Origin: an uncultured archaeon
Lineage (GTDB): Archaea; Aenigmatarchaeota; Aenigmatarchaeia; QMZP01
Direction of reading: 5' to 3'
Assembly: GCA_964607835.1 (NCBI GenBank)
Contig: CAZSLL010000006.1
Location: 20,003 to 69,794 of the forward strand
Length of the DNA: 49,792 nucleotides
The translations under genes and the position numbers were made by a program. The notes beneath the pieces were generated by a model that saw nothing but the letters and a program-made list of their open reading frames with translations, was not told the origin of the DNA and ran no database searches. Below, one piece after another: positions 8,188 to 19,199 of the stretch (positions within the stretch are counted from its first letter, which is position 1; each line of letters begins with the position of its first letter).

Positions 8188-10848
8188 ATGAAAGCCTCCA
8201 TGGCCATTCTTATCCTCCTATTCACCCCGCTGACCATGCTCCTGGCCACGCCCCAGGGCTCATGCTTCGAGGTCACGCTGGTTCCCAACCAGTCCATAGA
8301 AGCAGGAAACCAGAACGTCCTGTTCAACTTCACCGTGACCAACACCAACCAGACCTACAACATAACCGAGGTGTATATCCTTTTCCCCCCGGGATTTGCG
8401 CTCCTTGACGGCTCCAACCTGACCTCTGCGCTCAACACATCATTCTCTTCTGGTTCTGCCTCAGCAAGATGGACAAATGAAACAGCGTATGGCATACTCG
8501 AGAATCTCAGCAGCGAGTGGTTCGTGTTCAATAGCTCTGTTCCTGACTCAGCTGGAAGCTACAACTTCACGATAAACGTGTACAGTATGAATGACACATC
8601 ATGGTACAGCCTGAACCAGAGCCTGATATTCGTCAACCTAACGGACGACACACCGCCCCCGCTTGACTTCGCCCCGCCCACTGACGCCAACAGCACAGTC
8701 ATCCAGTCAAGGAACTGGACATTCATCAACGTTTCCTCTAACGGAACCCTGGACGCCTGCCTCCTGGACAACGGGACAGCCAACGTGTCCATGAGCGTGG
8801 AGGGCTCATCCTGCTGGTACAATCTCACGGGCCAGAACAACAACACAGAGGCATATTACTGGGTGTGGGCCAATGATTCCTCAGGCAACCTCAACAGGAC
8901 AGGGGACATCAACCTCACCTTCAGTTACATAAACTGCAGCCTGGCCCTTCGGCTTGAAATCGTTTTACCGTCAGGCGAGGGCTCCCTGTGGGGAGAGCCC
9001 CTCCATGTAGAGGGATTCATAACCGATGCCTGCGGATACCCGGTGGAGAACGCCGCGGTAAACTGGACATTCTCCAGGGGACAGGACAGCTGGACAGGGG
9101 AGCAGAACATGAGCAACCAGAGCCAGGGCTGGTACAATTTCAGCTGGACAGAGACCCAGAATCAGACGGGCTACTACAACATTTCAATGAACGCCACAAA
9201 CGCAGGATACCCCCAGAACCAGACCCTTCAGGAGGACGCATTCTTCCTGGCACTGGCTCCTGACATACTCTCTGCAGGACGGACAATAACCAGCATCTGC
9301 CCTGACGAGTTTGACATATGGGCAAGGGTCACTGATGCTGACAGCAACTACGTCAACCTGACCCTGGAGATAAGCCTGCTCAACCAGACCTCAGGCAGCC
9401 GGGGCCCCTGGCGGCTGGTCGACTACAGCTGGCAGGACCAGCTTACATCAACCTACATCCATTTCTACCCCAACTTCACGAACCTCTCCTTCGGGCCCGG
9501 GGTCTACAGCTACAGGTTCAACGCAACGGACGAGTTCGGTTTCACTGACATCGAAAACGGTTCTGAGAGCATCGAGATACACAACTGCAGCAGGGTGTTT
9601 GACATCATCCCGGTTTCTCCTGCACCGCAGAACGGAAGCTCCTGGTACTCCCGGGCCTTCACCATTAACCTGAGCTTCTCCTCTCCCTGGTATGGCCTCA
9701 CCCAATGCTGGCTGAACTACAGCAACGGTACCTCAGGCACGCTTGCGGGAAACGCATCCCCAGGCTACTGCGAGTTCAGCTTCTCAGGCCAGCCATACGG
9801 CAGCTTCAATTATTCCCTTCGCGTGGGTAACAGCTACACCAATGACTCCTGGAACGGCACCTGGGAGTTCGAACTCGTGTGCACTGAGGACTGGTCCTAC
9901 GGGCCCTGGAGCGAGTGCTCCGGGGGTTCCCAGAGCAGGAGCGCCACAGATCTCAATTCCTGCGGCACCGCTGACAACCGCTCTGCCCTGACCCGCTCAT
10001 GCGACGACGGTGGAGGAGGCGGCGGAAGCGGGATTTTCGTGTCCCCCTACCCAACTGCATCAGAGAGCTTCCTAAAACTCCTTCCGGAAGAGCCCGAGGT
10101 CATGGAGGTAGACGACCCGGACATACCTGTGACCTCGGTCACTATAGAGGTCAATGTGAGTGAGCAGGATGTGACATCCCTTGAGATAGTCAGCTATTCA
10201 TCGAGGCCTTCGCGGGTCAGCGAGCCCCCCAACGCCAGCGTGCAAAGCTACCTGGGCATAACCTCCACCATAAACAGCTCCAGGCTCTCCAGGGTCCTTA
10301 TTGAGTTCTCTGTGGAGAGGGACTGGCTCAACCAGACCGACCCGGACTCAGTGGTTCTCATGAGGTTGTTGAACGAGACCTGGACCGGGCTCCCCACCAT
10401 ACGCATTGAATCCCAGGAGGTCGTCCACAGGTACAGGGCCGTTTCCCCAGGGCTATCCTATTTCGCTATCGCGGTTCCAAACATCACGAACCAGACCGCT
10501 GAAGCACCTCAGGATGGTTTCTCCACTGGCCAGAAGCCTGAAGAAGATACTGGTGCCGGGGAGACTGATGAAGAGCCGCCCTCTGGAGAGGACCTATGCC
10601 AGCCAGGGGAGAGCCAGTGCGTCGCTGGAATAGTCAGGCAGGTCTGCAACAAGTGGGGAACCGGATGGGTCAGCAAGGAGACCTGCATATACGGGTGCAG
10701 GGACGGGGAGTGCTCCACCACATTTGTCCTGGAGTTTGACATAAACCAGGTCCTGGTTACCCTGATGGTCATAATCCTTTTTGTGGCAGCGATTGCAATA
10801 TTCATGAAGAGAAAGGCAATCGAGGAGTTCATGTTCTGGAGGCTTTGA
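8188..10848 (+). CDS. Large surface glycoprotein with PGF-pre-PGF-like domain and C-terminal TM anchor
   Basis: Signal peptide, very many NxS/T sequons, CTEDWSYGPWSEC repeat, poly-Gly linker, YRAVSPGLSYFAI motif and C-terminal TM. Confidence 0.8.
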   Translation: MKASMAILILLFTPLTMLLATPQGSCFEVTLVPNQSIEAGNQNVLFNFTVTNTNQTYNITEVYILFPPGFALLDGSNLTSALNTSFSSGSASARWTNETAYGILENLSSEWFVFNSSVPDSAGSYNFTINVYSMNDTSWYSLNQSLIFVNLTDDTPPPLDFAPPTDANSTVIQSRNWTFINVSSNGTLDACLLDNGTANVSMSVEGSSCWYNLTGQNNNTEAYYWVWANDSSGNLNRTGDINLTFSYINCSLALRLEIVLPSGEGSLWGEPLHVEGFITDACGYPVENAAVNWTFSRGQDSWTGEQNMSNQSQGWYNFSWTETQNQTGYYNISMNATNAGYPQNQTLQEDAFFLALAPDILSAGRTITSICPDEFDIWARVTDADSNYVNLTLEISLLNQTSGSRGPWRLVDYSWQDQLTSTYIHFYPNFTNLSFGPGVYSYRFNATDEFGFTDIENGSESIEIHNCSRVFDIIPVSPAPQNGSSWYSRAFTINLSFSSPWYGLTQCWLNYSNGTSGTLAGNASPGYCEFSFSGQPYGSFNYSLRVGNSYTNDSWNGTWEFELVCTEDWSYGPWSECSGGSQSRSATDLNSCGTADNRSALTRSCDDGGGGGGSGIFVSPYPTASESFLKLLPEEPEVMEVDDPDIPVTSVTIEVNVSEQDVTSLEIVSYSSRPSRVSEPPNASVQSYLGITSTINSSRLSRVLIEFSVERDWLNQTDPDSVVLMRLLNETWTGLPTIRIESQEVVHRYRAVSPGLSYFAIAVPNITNQTAEAPQDGFSTGQKPEEDTGAGETDEEPPSGEDLCQPGESQCVAGIVRQVCNKWGTGWVSKETCIYGCRDGECSTTFVLEFDINQVLVTLMVIILFVAAIAIFMKRKAIEEFMFWRL

Positions 10849-11927
10849 ATATGAGGAGTGTCCTGCTGGCTGTTCTGGCCCTGGTGATAGCGTCCAGCGG
10901 GTGCTCAACCCATGCACCTCAAGAGATTGGTCCTGATGCAGGCAACCTGAGCATCAATGAGACAGGCTTCGCTTTCTCAGGTGCAGGCCCCGGCGTCCAC
11001 TGCGGCTCATTCAGTGTAAACGCCAGCATGGTGGCGTCCAGGCCGGGCATGTTCACAGACGCTCTCAGAAGGGCAGGCTTCTCGTTCGTGGGGCTGGTCA
11101 TGGATACCGGGAACCCCAGGCACATCCAGCTGTGCGGGCAGCTCATACGCTCTGGAATACTCTGCGTTCCCTGCCAGGAGGCCGGTGACGAAGAGGGCAG
11201 ATTCGTGGCCATAGGGGCCAGAAACGCCATTAACCTGAACCAGAGCCTGGAGGACATGCTCCAGGAAGCATCTGACCAGGGGGCTGTGTCCTATGTGACC
11301 ACGCCCATGGCCTCTGACAACAAGAGCTCATGGAAGAGGTGGGACATACAGGGTTATGACGGACTTGCGGTGGTATCCCCCATGTCCCATGACAGGGGGG
11401 ACAGCGAGGAGGCCCTCTCCAGATGGCACGGCCTGCTCAGGAACGGAAGGAAGAAGCACGCATACGGAGAGAGCACTATAAAGGATTTCTCCAGCACTCA
11501 CGAGCTTGCCGGGATGCTGGGCAGTTCCTATCAGTGCCTCATCCTCAGGGAGAACCTCTCTGAAACCTCCCTCAAGTCCGCGCTCATGAAAGGGAGCTTC
11601 TACATAACCAACGGGCCTGAAATCAATTTCACTGTTGACGGCCACGGTCCAGGGGAGAGCCTCAATGTGACCTACGGCAGTGAGGTGGAGCTTTCCCTCG
11701 AGGTGAGCTCGCTCTCTAACTTCAACAGGGTCAGGATAATAAGGAACGGCGAGGTCATACAGGAAATCGGCAAGACCTTCCTGACATACAACACCACCCT
11801 GAACAGCACCATACTGAGGGATGCCTGGTTCACGGCAGAGGTATGGGGAAACGACTACACCCCCAGGCATCATGACTTTGTTCACGCCATGACCAACCCG
11901 GTTTGGGTGAGCTCAGTACTTCCCTGA
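10845..11927 (+). CDS. Lipoprotein with PHP/CehA-McbA-like fold (metal motifs degenerate)
   Basis: Lipobox SSGC, ALMKGSFYITNGP and C-terminal AMTNPVWV typical of this family. Confidence 0.6.
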   Translation: MNMRSVLLAVLALVIASSGCSTHAPQEIGPDAGNLSINETGFAFSGAGPGVHCGSFSVNASMVASRPGMFTDALRRAGFSFVGLVMDTGNPRHIQLCGQLIRSGILCVPCQEAGDEEGRFVAIGARNAINLNQSLEDMLQEASDQGAVSYVTTPMASDNKSSWKRWDIQGYDGLAVVSPMSHDRGDSEEALSRWHGLLRNGRKKHAYGESTIKDFSSTHELAGMLGSSYQCLILRENLSETSLKSALMKGSFYITNGPEINFTVDGHGPGESLNVTYGSEVELSLEVSSLSNFNRVRIIRNGEVIQEIGKTFLTYNTTLNSTILRDAWFTAEVWGNDYTPRHHDFVHAMTNPVWVSSVLP

Positions 11928-12134
11928 ACGCTTTCCTCTTCTTGCCATGAGTATGGCCAGCACTATGCCCAGTGTTATGGACATGGTGGCGGCCCTGTAC
12001 ACGTCAAGCTCTCCCTGGAGAAGGAGCTGGGCGCTGGCGTTGGCCCCGAAAGCGACCCCGGCTGTAACGAACATGAACAGCCAGAACCTCTTGACCCATC
12101 CCCGGAGCCCGTGGAGCCTGCTCAGATCAGACAT
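11913..12134 (-). CDS. Small 2-TM membrane protein
   Basis: 73 aa ORF with two hydrophobic segments. Confidence 0.5.
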   Translation of the reverse strand: MSDLSRLHGLRGWVKRFWLFMFVTAGVAFGANASAQLLLQGELDVYRAATMSITLGIVLAILMARRGKRSGKY

Positions 12135-12169
12135 GATATATATTTTATTCCTTTCGCTAATAAAGAGGC

Positions 12170-12673
12170 ATGGACGAGAATCCCGCCGGCTGGTTCATAC
12201 CCATCAGCCTCATGCTGCTTCTCTTTGCTCTGGTCTCACCGATGCTTGCTCCCTTGGCCAGCACCCCTGACGGCTATACCGGCGGGCTGGTGACCTTCCG
12301 GGGAGAATCCGGGCACGTGAGCCTGGATGCGGAACTCGCAGTCACCCCACAGGAGCACAGCAGGGGCCTGATGAACAGGGAGTCCCTGGCAGACGGCCAG
12401 GGCATGCTCTTCATCTTCAGCGAGGACTCGCCCAGGAGCTTCTGGATGAAGGACACCCTGATTCCCCTGGACATGGTGTTCGTGAACTCCTCCATGCATG
12501 TGGTGGGTGTTGTTGAGAACGCCCAGCCCTGCACTGCCTCCTGCTCCTGCCAGTGCCCCAGGCACAGCTCAGAGGCCCCGGCCATGTACGTGATAGAGGC
12601 CAACGCGGGCTTCTGCAGGGAGCACGGCATAAAGGAAGGCCAGCTCATTGACATAGAGCTCCTCCAGTCCTGA
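12170..12673 (+). CDS. DUF192 family protein
   Basis: RGLMNR, GMLFIF, FWMKDTLIPLDMVF and YVIEANAG motifs. Confidence 0.9.
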   Translation: MDENPAGWFIPISLMLLLFALVSPMLAPLASTPDGYTGGLVTFRGESGHVSLDAELAVTPQEHSRGLMNRESLADGQGMLFIFSEDSPRSFWMKDTLIPLDMVFVNSSMHVVGVVENAQPCTASCSCQCPRHSSEAPAMYVIEANAGFCREHGIKEGQLIDIELLQS

Positions 12674-12750
12674 TATAAAGCCCCGGAAGGCACGGCAAAG
12701 CTTTATAAACCCTCATTTGTCACTATTATATAGTTACAATAGGTGATTGC

Positions 12751-13293
12751 ATGCCAGGGCAGGACCTGAGATTCGCGGATGTGAGAATGGACGGAAAGAG
12801 CTACAGTGCTTGGCAGTTCTCGATGCTTAAGGATACCCCCAGGTATGTAAGGGACGAGTTTGGATATGACAGGAACCCGAGCAGAAGAGAGATGCTGGGC
12901 AACCTCGCGCATTTCTATGCCAGGCGTGAGATGGGTCCTCACTTCAGTTACCTAAGCGAAAATGCGCAGAGAAAAAGGCTGCACGAAGCTTGTCTCAGGC
13001 ATAAGATTGACCCAGAGGGAGTGAGTGATTTTGACGGCTTCGAGGGTTCCTTTGTCAGGGCAAGGGACAGGGAATGGACAAGCCCGAGGCAGGTGAACGA
13101 AATATACAGGGCTGTTCACCAGAGGCAGCTTGAGCATGCCAGGCAGTTCCCCCGCGACAAAGATGACAACAGGAGAATCAATCTGGAGCTCTTCGAGGAC
13201 ATGCTCGAAAGGAACGGGGGGAAGCAGATTCCTCTTTCCGGAGAATTTCTCATGGTCAGGGGTTATGAAGGAGAGCTGTCCTGCCCGATATAA
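12751..13293 (+). CDS. Hypothetical protein
   Basis: 180 aa ORF with GGTGA RBS and TATA-like TTTATAAA upstream. No recognised motif. Confidence 0.6.
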   Translation: MPGQDLRFADVRMDGKSYSAWQFSMLKDTPRYVRDEFGYDRNPSRREMLGNLAHFYARREMGPHFSYLSENAQRKRLHEACLRHKIDPEGVSDFDGFEGSFVRARDREWTSPRQVNEIYRAVHQRQLEHARQFPRDKDDNRRINLELFEDMLERNGGKQIPLSGEFLMVRGYEGELSCPI

Positions 13294-13314
13294 TGAGTAA
13301 GAGGAAGTGACTGA

Positions 13315-13770
13315 ATGAGCGATGCAAAGGGCCCTTTCACAAGGAAGATAGAGAAGGCAACTAAATATCTTAGTGAAATGCCGTCCATAAGGGACAACGC
13401 CTACAGGGTGATTCTCAACTACATGGGAGACCTGGCTGAAGAGTGCCTCCCTGAGGGATGCAGGAAAATGGTTAGTGAGAACATGATTCCCTGCGCAAGG
13501 AGTCACATAGGCAGAGAAGGTGACTACAGATGGCTTCTGGATGACGTCCAAAGCTGCGAGGAATACATGTTCGAGAAATTCTGCCCTGAGCGGCTCGAGG
13601 AACTGGGCGACGGGCTTTTCGTCTTTTACATGAAGCCCCTTGAGGAAGGGGAAGAGCGCGGATCAAACACAGTCGAGAAGGACGGTACTGAATACAGTTT
13701 CAGCATGGTCATTGACCCCAGCGCGAAAGAGGACAGGACAGAGCACATCCCTGCAAAGAGCCTGCATTAG
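13315..13770 (+). CDS. Hypothetical protein
   Basis: 151 aa ORF following 12751-13293. No recognised motif. Confidence 0.55.
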   Translation: MSDAKGPFTRKIEKATKYLSEMPSIRDNAYRVILNYMGDLAEECLPEGCRKMVSENMIPCARSHIGREGDYRWLLDDVQSCEEYMFEKFCPERLEELGDGLFVFYMKPLEEGEERGSNTVEKDGTEYSFSMVIDPSAKEDRTEHIPAKSLH

Positions 13771-14390
13771 TGCCTTAGAGGAACAAACGAGACAGCCATG
13801 AGCCTTTCCTGATTTAGCTTACCTTCTTCCTTCCTTGCCATGATGAGCTCCTGGCGGGTTCCACTGTTAATCGGGACAGCCAGTGTTCCGCCCTCCTTGA
13901 GCTGTTCCTCCCAGGCATGGTAAATCCTGTCAGACCCGCAGGCCACCAGTATCTTGTCAAAGGGGGCGTGCTCCTCCAGTCCCCTGGACCCGTCGCCTGC
14001 GATCATGGTGACGTTGCTGATGCCCGCCTTCCCGAGACTCTTCCTGGCCTTCCTGACCAGGCTATCCTCGAGCTCTACTGAGAAGACCTCCTTCACGAGC
14101 CTGGAGAGCACCGCTGCCTGGTAGCCTGAGCCCCCTCCAACCTCAAGGACGCGGTCTTCCCTGCGGGGCTCCAGGAGTTCGGTCATTATGGCCACCATGT
14201 GCGGGGCTGATATTGTCTGGCCCTGTCCTATGTGAAGGGGCTCGTCAGAGTAGGCGTTTTCCCTCTCCTCAGGCGGCACGAACTCCTCCCGGGGGATATG
14301 CCTCATGGCACTCTCTACCTTCCCGGTCCTGATGTAGCCCTCCTTTCTCAGGGTATCCATCAGGGTCCTCTTTTTATCATCCAGGCTCAT
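13767..14390 (-). CDS. pcm: Protein-L-isoaspartate O-methyltransferase
   Basis: PREEFV, AYSDEPL, GQTISAPHMVA, VLEVGGGSGY and FVPL motifs. Confidence 0.95.
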   Translation of the reverse strand: MSLDDKKRTLMDTLRKEGYIRTGKVESAMRHIPREEFVPPEERENAYSDEPLHIGQGQTISAPHMVAIMTELLEPRREDRVLEVGGGSGYQAAVLSRLVKEVFSVELEDSLVRKARKSLGKAGISNVTMIAGDGSRGLEEHAPFDKILVACGSDRIYHAWEEQLKEGGTLAVPINSGTRQELIMARKEEGKLNQERLMAVSFVPLRH

Positions 14391-14416
14391 AATATTCACT
14401 ATGAGTGTGGGGTTTT

Positions 14417-15106
14417 ATGAATTGCGACCTGTGCGTCAGGACAGCTGAGCGGGACAAGGCCCTTGAGATGGGGAGGCAGCTGGGACTCGGACTGGTTTGC
14501 CTGGTGGTCCGGCCAGAGGAACTCCCTGCCCTGAGAAAGGCCGCTGAGAAGAGGGACTGGAGGCTCAGGCCCAGGCTGGCTGCGGGGGCGGACGCCAGCT
14601 CGCCCAGGCCCGATGAGATGAGGAAGCTCGCCAGGAGGCTCAGGAAGAGAGCGGATGTCATAGTGGTGAAAGGGGGCACGGACGAGCTCAACAGGGCTGC
14701 TGTTGAAACCCCGGAGGTGGACATACTCATGGAGCACGAGGTCCAGGGAAGGCCCGGCATAAACCACGTCCTTGCCAGGCTGGCCAAGAGCAATGGGGTG
14801 CACATAGCCTTTGACTACAACAAGCTGGTGACAAGTTACAGGCTGGGAAGGATTCAGGGGTTCTCGTCAATGGTGGGCTCAGCCAGGGAGGTGCGGAAGG
14901 CCAGGGCGCCGTTTGTCCTTACCTCAGGGGCAATGGACCCGTGGGGCATGAGGTCAGGCTCTGAGCTCCTTGCCCTGGGAAAGCAGATGGGCTTTACAGA
15001 GGGAGCGGCCATGTCTGGGGTCTCTGACTCCATCGTAAGGGAGAACAGGAAGCGCCTCTCAGGCAGCTGGGTCATGCCCGGGGTGGAGGTCGAGCGGGAA
15101 GAGTAA
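14417..15106 (+). CDS. rnp3: Ribonuclease P protein component 3 (Rpp30)
   Basis: VVKGGTDELNRAAVE..VDIL, GINHVLARLAKSNGVHI and LTSGA...MRS motifs. Confidence 0.9.
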   Translation: MNCDLCVRTAERDKALEMGRQLGLGLVCLVVRPEELPALRKAAEKRDWRLRPRLAAGADASSPRPDEMRKLARRLRKRADVIVVKGGTDELNRAAVETPEVDILMEHEVQGRPGINHVLARLAKSNGVHIAFDYNKLVTSYRLGRIQGFSSMVGSAREVRKARAPFVLTSGAMDPWGMRSGSELLALGKQMGFTEGAAMSGVSDSIVRENRKRLSGSWVMPGVEVEREE

Positions 15107-15163
15107 GAAGACCCGGGTCTTGTGCATGCAAAGGATTTAAATGATTTTAACCAGTGTTTATTC

Positions 15164-15520
15164 ATGAATACACGAAGGGTTGCGGTATCCGTAATCCTTG
15201 GTCTTGTGTGCGGCATATTCTGCGCCTATGGCGCGTGGGTTACCAGGGGAACCCTTCCCATGGAAGTGACCTCAGGTGTGCTTGCAGCAACTGTCTACAA
15301 CAGGGTGCTTCTCGGCTTTGTGGTGGGAATCTCAGACCAGCTGAACCTTCACCCGGCTGCCAGGGGGGCTGTGATTGGCGCGCTTGTCAGCATATGCCTG
15401 AGCATTGTCACCATGGTTGACGGGAGCCTTGCAGCCGGACTGACAGTTATCGGGCTCGGAATCCTGTACGGGGTGTTAATCGATTATGTCGCGACCAGGC
15501 TGACAGATGTGGCCATCTGA
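15164..15520 (+). CDS. Conserved 4-TM membrane protein
   Basis: GLVCGIFC...YNRVLLGFVVG...RGAVIG pattern. Confidence 0.65.
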   Translation: MNTRRVAVSVILGLVCGIFCAYGAWVTRGTLPMEVTSGVLAATVYNRVLLGFVVGISDQLNLHPAARGAVIGALVSICLSIVTMVDGSLAAGLTVIGLGILYGVLIDYVATRLTDVAI

Positions 15521-15537
15521 GCCTGCCCCGGAAAGCG

Positions 15538-17664
15538 CTACGATACGAGCATGTCAGACAGTGCGCTGTGTATGAGCCCTGCGAACACCTCGCTAGATAT
15601 GAATGCCACCAGGAAGTATATCACCACGGCCACGGCCAGCATGGTGCCTATGTTGTACCACTGGGAAATCTTGTTGTCGCCCTCCCCAATCTTGGTGAGG
15701 AATATGCCCAGGATTATTATGACCTCTATGAGGTAGACCCCGACAATGAGCTGGAACACCTCAGGGGAGGTGTTGGTCTCCATGTTGAATGCCGAGGCGA
15801 AGTCAGCTATGCCCATTGCGCTCCCCATGTCCAGGCCGTCCAGGTAGTCCGCCAGCTTGCCCAGCACAAGCACTATGACGCTGGACATGGAAACGATGAG
15901 GCCTGTTATCATGGGAGTGAGGAAGTAGGCCTGGAACTTCATGCTGGAAACGGTTTCAGACAGCGTGTCCCTTATGTATTCCTGGGTCTCCCTGATGTTC
16001 TTGAGGTACCTGGCAATCCTGAGCATGCTCTCTGCCGCATACCTGACCCCGGTCTTTGCGGTGTCGTTCACAGCGAACATGATATTGGTTATGAGCTTTG
16101 ATGGGTAGTAGAGGAGCGCGCCCCATCTCTTGTCGAACAGGGCGTTCTCAAAGGTCATTCCCAGGGTCTTCATGTTCCTCATGGTAACCCTGAACAGCCC
16201 CGCAATCTCCAGGTCCTTGACGTCCTCTATGACCTTCTGGACAGCCAGCTCAGTGGGTGTTCCCCCTGATATCCGGTTCCCGAGCTGGAACATTGCCACC
16301 TCGAACTGGCTCTCTGTCTTCTGGATGCTCTTCTGTATCCTGTTCCTCTGCATGTTGCTGAGCGCGAAGTATGCAGCCAGGCTCAGGGCAATGCCCATTA
16401 TTATGAGCATGGACATCAGGAGCTCGAACGTGCCGTGTGGCCCGAACTCGTTGGTTCCCGTGAACAGGAGCCCGTAGTTCTGGGCAAAGAACATCACGGG
16501 AAAGGCCACAATGACCACCAGTATGAGAACGGCCAGTGGGAGGACGGGTATGGTGCCCTTGCCCATCTTCATGGTTCCCTCCCTTGGCAGGCCCGGTATC
16601 TTGCTCATGTCAATCTGGGAGAATGTCATGGGCCTCTTGCTGAGGGTGCTCTGGATGAAGAATAGTATTGCGATTGGAAGTATGATGTCGTACCCTATGA
16701 TGAAATGTATGGGACCCACTATGTCAGACATGAACACAGCTGCCAGGGGCGCCATTATGGTGCCAAGTATGGGAAGCACGATTCCCATCATGTGTATGAC
16801 CATGACCGGCATCCTGAGGTCCTGGGCGTAGTGCTTCATCCTGGTCCTGGTCCCGTCCAGTATTACGTCCAGGGCCTGGTCAAGGACCTTCTTTGCCCTT
16901 TCGGGCGGGTGGTTCTGGGAGTCCCTTATGAGCCTGAGGGCCTCTGCGAACTCCTCGTTCTCTGGCTTCCATTTAGCTATGTAGTCTGAGAGGGCCTCGC
17001 TCGTGGAGTGGTACCTCCTCATCTCAATGTCCCAAAGAAGGCGCCTCATGTCCCAGGCCAGTTCCCCCCGTATGTTGTAGGAGGCGAACGAGAGTGCCCT
17101 CTCCAGGTTCGGGGACACCCTCATGGATATTACCATGTAGAGAACTGCCAGAACGACCTGGGAGGAGGCCCTTATCCTCATGGTCTTGACCTGGTTGGAC
17201 GGGTATTTCAGGAAGAAGTACCCCACCAGGAGCCCTCCGGCCGCTATGAGCAAACCAAGGGCAACGGGGAGCATGGCTATGCTTTCCCCGGACGCCATGG
17301 AACCTATAACTGCATTGAGTGTGAATGCTGCCCCTGCAATGACAAAGCCCAGAACCGTGACCACGAAGAGGGACATCACCCCCTCGGGGGTTATCCTAAG
17401 GCCCGTGAATCCCGCGGCCCTCCTGATTTCCTCGCTCAGACGCGGGTCTGCCTTCATCTTTATCATCCTGGAGGCCAGGGACACCAGCCTCTCATACCAG
17501 CTGAGCTTCCTCTCGTCAGCCTGCCTGAAGCTCCTGTAGTCCCTTGAAGTGAGCTTGAAATTCGGCCTGGAGCTCCCTGGAAGTACCACCCTCCTCCTCA
17601 TCTCAATGGGAAGAATGCGCTTCTTTTTCCTGTCATCCTTCTTCCCGCCGCCGAAGAGCCCCAT
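15538..17664 (-). CDS. Type II secretion/pilus platform membrane protein (T2SS-F/TadC-like, duplicated)
   Basis: Multi-TM 708 aa protein with SPNLERALSFA and FQLGNRISGGTPTE motifs. Confidence 0.75.
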   Translation of the reverse strand: MGLFGGGKKDDRKKKRILPIEMRRRVVLPGSSRPNFKLTSRDYRSFRQADERKLSWYERLVSLASRMIKMKADPRLSEEIRRAAGFTGLRITPEGVMSLFVVTVLGFVIAGAAFTLNAVIGSMASGESIAMLPVALGLLIAAGGLLVGYFFLKYPSNQVKTMRIRASSQVVLAVLYMVISMRVSPNLERALSFASYNIRGELAWDMRRLLWDIEMRRYHSTSEALSDYIAKWKPENEEFAEALRLIRDSQNHPPERAKKVLDQALDVILDGTRTRMKHYAQDLRMPVMVIHMMGIVLPILGTIMAPLAAVFMSDIVGPIHFIIGYDIILPIAILFFIQSTLSKRPMTFSQIDMSKIPGLPREGTMKMGKGTIPVLPLAVLILVVIVAFPVMFFAQNYGLLFTGTNEFGPHGTFELLMSMLIIMGIALSLAAYFALSNMQRNRIQKSIQKTESQFEVAMFQLGNRISGGTPTELAVQKVIEDVKDLEIAGLFRVTMRNMKTLGMTFENALFDKRWGALLYYPSKLITNIMFAVNDTAKTGVRYAAESMLRIARYLKNIRETQEYIRDTLSETVSSMKFQAYFLTPMITGLIVSMSSVIVLVLGKLADYLDGLDMGSAMGIADFASAFNMETNTSPEVFQLIVGVYLIEVIIILGIFLTKIGEGDNKISQWYNIGTMLAVAVVIYFLVAFISSEVFAGLIHSALSDMLVS

Positions 17665-17748
17665 GATTTATATTAACTCCCCCTCTTATTATATTATCCG
17701 GAGGGGGCGGAAACTACTGGTTTCGCCCCATGCCGAAAAGGAGACAGC

Positions 17749-19194
17749 ATGTCCCTGAGGTTCCACAACACCCTGACGAAGAGGAAGGAGGCCTTCCGCA
17801 GCCTCACCAAAGGAAAGGTGAGCATGTACAACTGCGGCCCGACTGTCTACGACTACGCGCACATAGGCAACTTCAGGGCCTATGTCTTTGCTGACGTGCT
17901 CAGGCGCTACCTCGAGCACAGCGGATACAAGGTAAAGCAGGTCATGAACCTGACTGACGTGGGCCACATGACCCATGACGACGTGGCAGACGCCAGCGGG
18001 GAGGACAAGATAGAGAAGAAGGCCAGGGAGCAGAAAAAGGACCCCTGGGAGATATCCAGGTTCTATGCGGATGCCTTCTTCGATGACATCAGGAAGCTCA
18101 ACATCCAGCCAGCCCACGCATACCCAAAGGCCACTGACTACGTCAAGGACATGATAGCCCTCACCGAGCAGCTCATCAGGAGGGGCCACGCGTATGTCTC
18201 CAACGGCTCTGTGTATTACGATGTGTCCTCGTTCCCTGACTACGGAAAGCTCTCAGGGAACAGCATAGAGAACCTGCTGGCGGGAGCAGGAGGCAGGGTC
18301 GAGCAGAACCCTGACAAGAAGGGTCCCCTTGACTTCGCGCTCTGGGTGCACAACCCCAGGCACATCATGCAGTGGGACTCTCCCTGGGGAAAGGGCTACC
18401 CGGGGTGGCACATCGAGTGCTCTGCCATGAGCAGGAAGAACCTCGGCCAGACCATTGACATCCACACAGGAGGGGAGGACAACATATTCCCTCACCATGA
18501 CTGCGAGATAGCCCAGTCAGAGGGCGCCACAGGAAAGAGGTTCGTGCGCTACTGGCTGCACACCAGGCACCTTTTCGTGGAGGGAAAGAAGATGAGCAAG
18601 TCCCTGGGCAACTTCTACACCCTCAGGGACCTGCTGGATAAGGGCCACGAGCCCATGGCAATAAGGTACCTTCTACTCAGCGCGCACTACAGGACCAGGC
18701 TCAACTTCACAGAGAAGGGCCTTGCCACGGCGTCTGCAACAGTCAGAAAGCTCAGGGACTTCGTTCACTGCATGGCATGCCACAGGCACTGCGACAAGCC
18801 CTCAGGGAAGGTGGAGGGCTTCATAAAGACAGCTAATGAGGGGTTCAGGAAGTCCATGGATGACGACCTGAACATGCCTGACGCGCTTGCTCATGTGTTC
18901 TCGTTCATGGGCAGGATCTACAGGGAGAGGGACGCCGGAAGGCTTGACAGCAAGGAGGCCGGCATGGCCTACGGGTTCATGCTCGACATGGACAGGGTTC
19001 TCGGTCTCGGTCTGAGGGACATCCCTGTGGATGATGACATCCCTGATGACATAAGGCTCATGGCAAAGGAGAGGGAGGCGCTCAGGATGAAGAAGGACTT
19101 CAGGGGCGCGGACATGCTCAGGGAAGAGATGAGGAAGAGGGGATATGTCCTCGAGGACACATCTAGGGGATGTGTGATTAAGAAGGCGTGCTGA
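17749..19194 (+). CDS. cysS: Cysteine--tRNA ligase
   Basis: [24 protein letters not shown] and KMSKS motifs. Confidence 0.97.
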   Translation: MSLRFHNTLTKRKEAFRSLTKGKVSMYNCGPTVYDYAHIGNFRAYVFADVLRRYLEHSGYKVKQVMNLTDVGHMTHDDVADASGEDKIEKKAREQKKDPWEISRFYADAFFDDIRKLNIQPAHAYPKATDYVKDMIALTEQLIRRGHAYVSNGSVYYDVSSFPDYGKLSGNSIENLLAGAGGRVEQNPDKKGPLDFALWVHNPRHIMQWDSPWGKGYPGWHIECSAMSRKNLGQTIDIHTGGEDNIFPHHDCEIAQSEGATGKRFVRYWLHTRHLFVEGKKMSKSLGNFYTLRDLLDKGHEPMAIRYLLLSAHYRTRLNFTEKGLATASATVRKLRDFVHCMACHRHCDKPSGKVEGFIKTANEGFRKSMDDDLNMPDALAHVFSFMGRIYRERDAGRLDSKEAGMAYGFMLDMDRVLGLGLRDIPVDDDIPDDIRLMAKEREALRMKKDFRGADMLREEMRKRGYVLEDTSRGCVIKKAC

Positions 19195-19199
19195 TTTTC

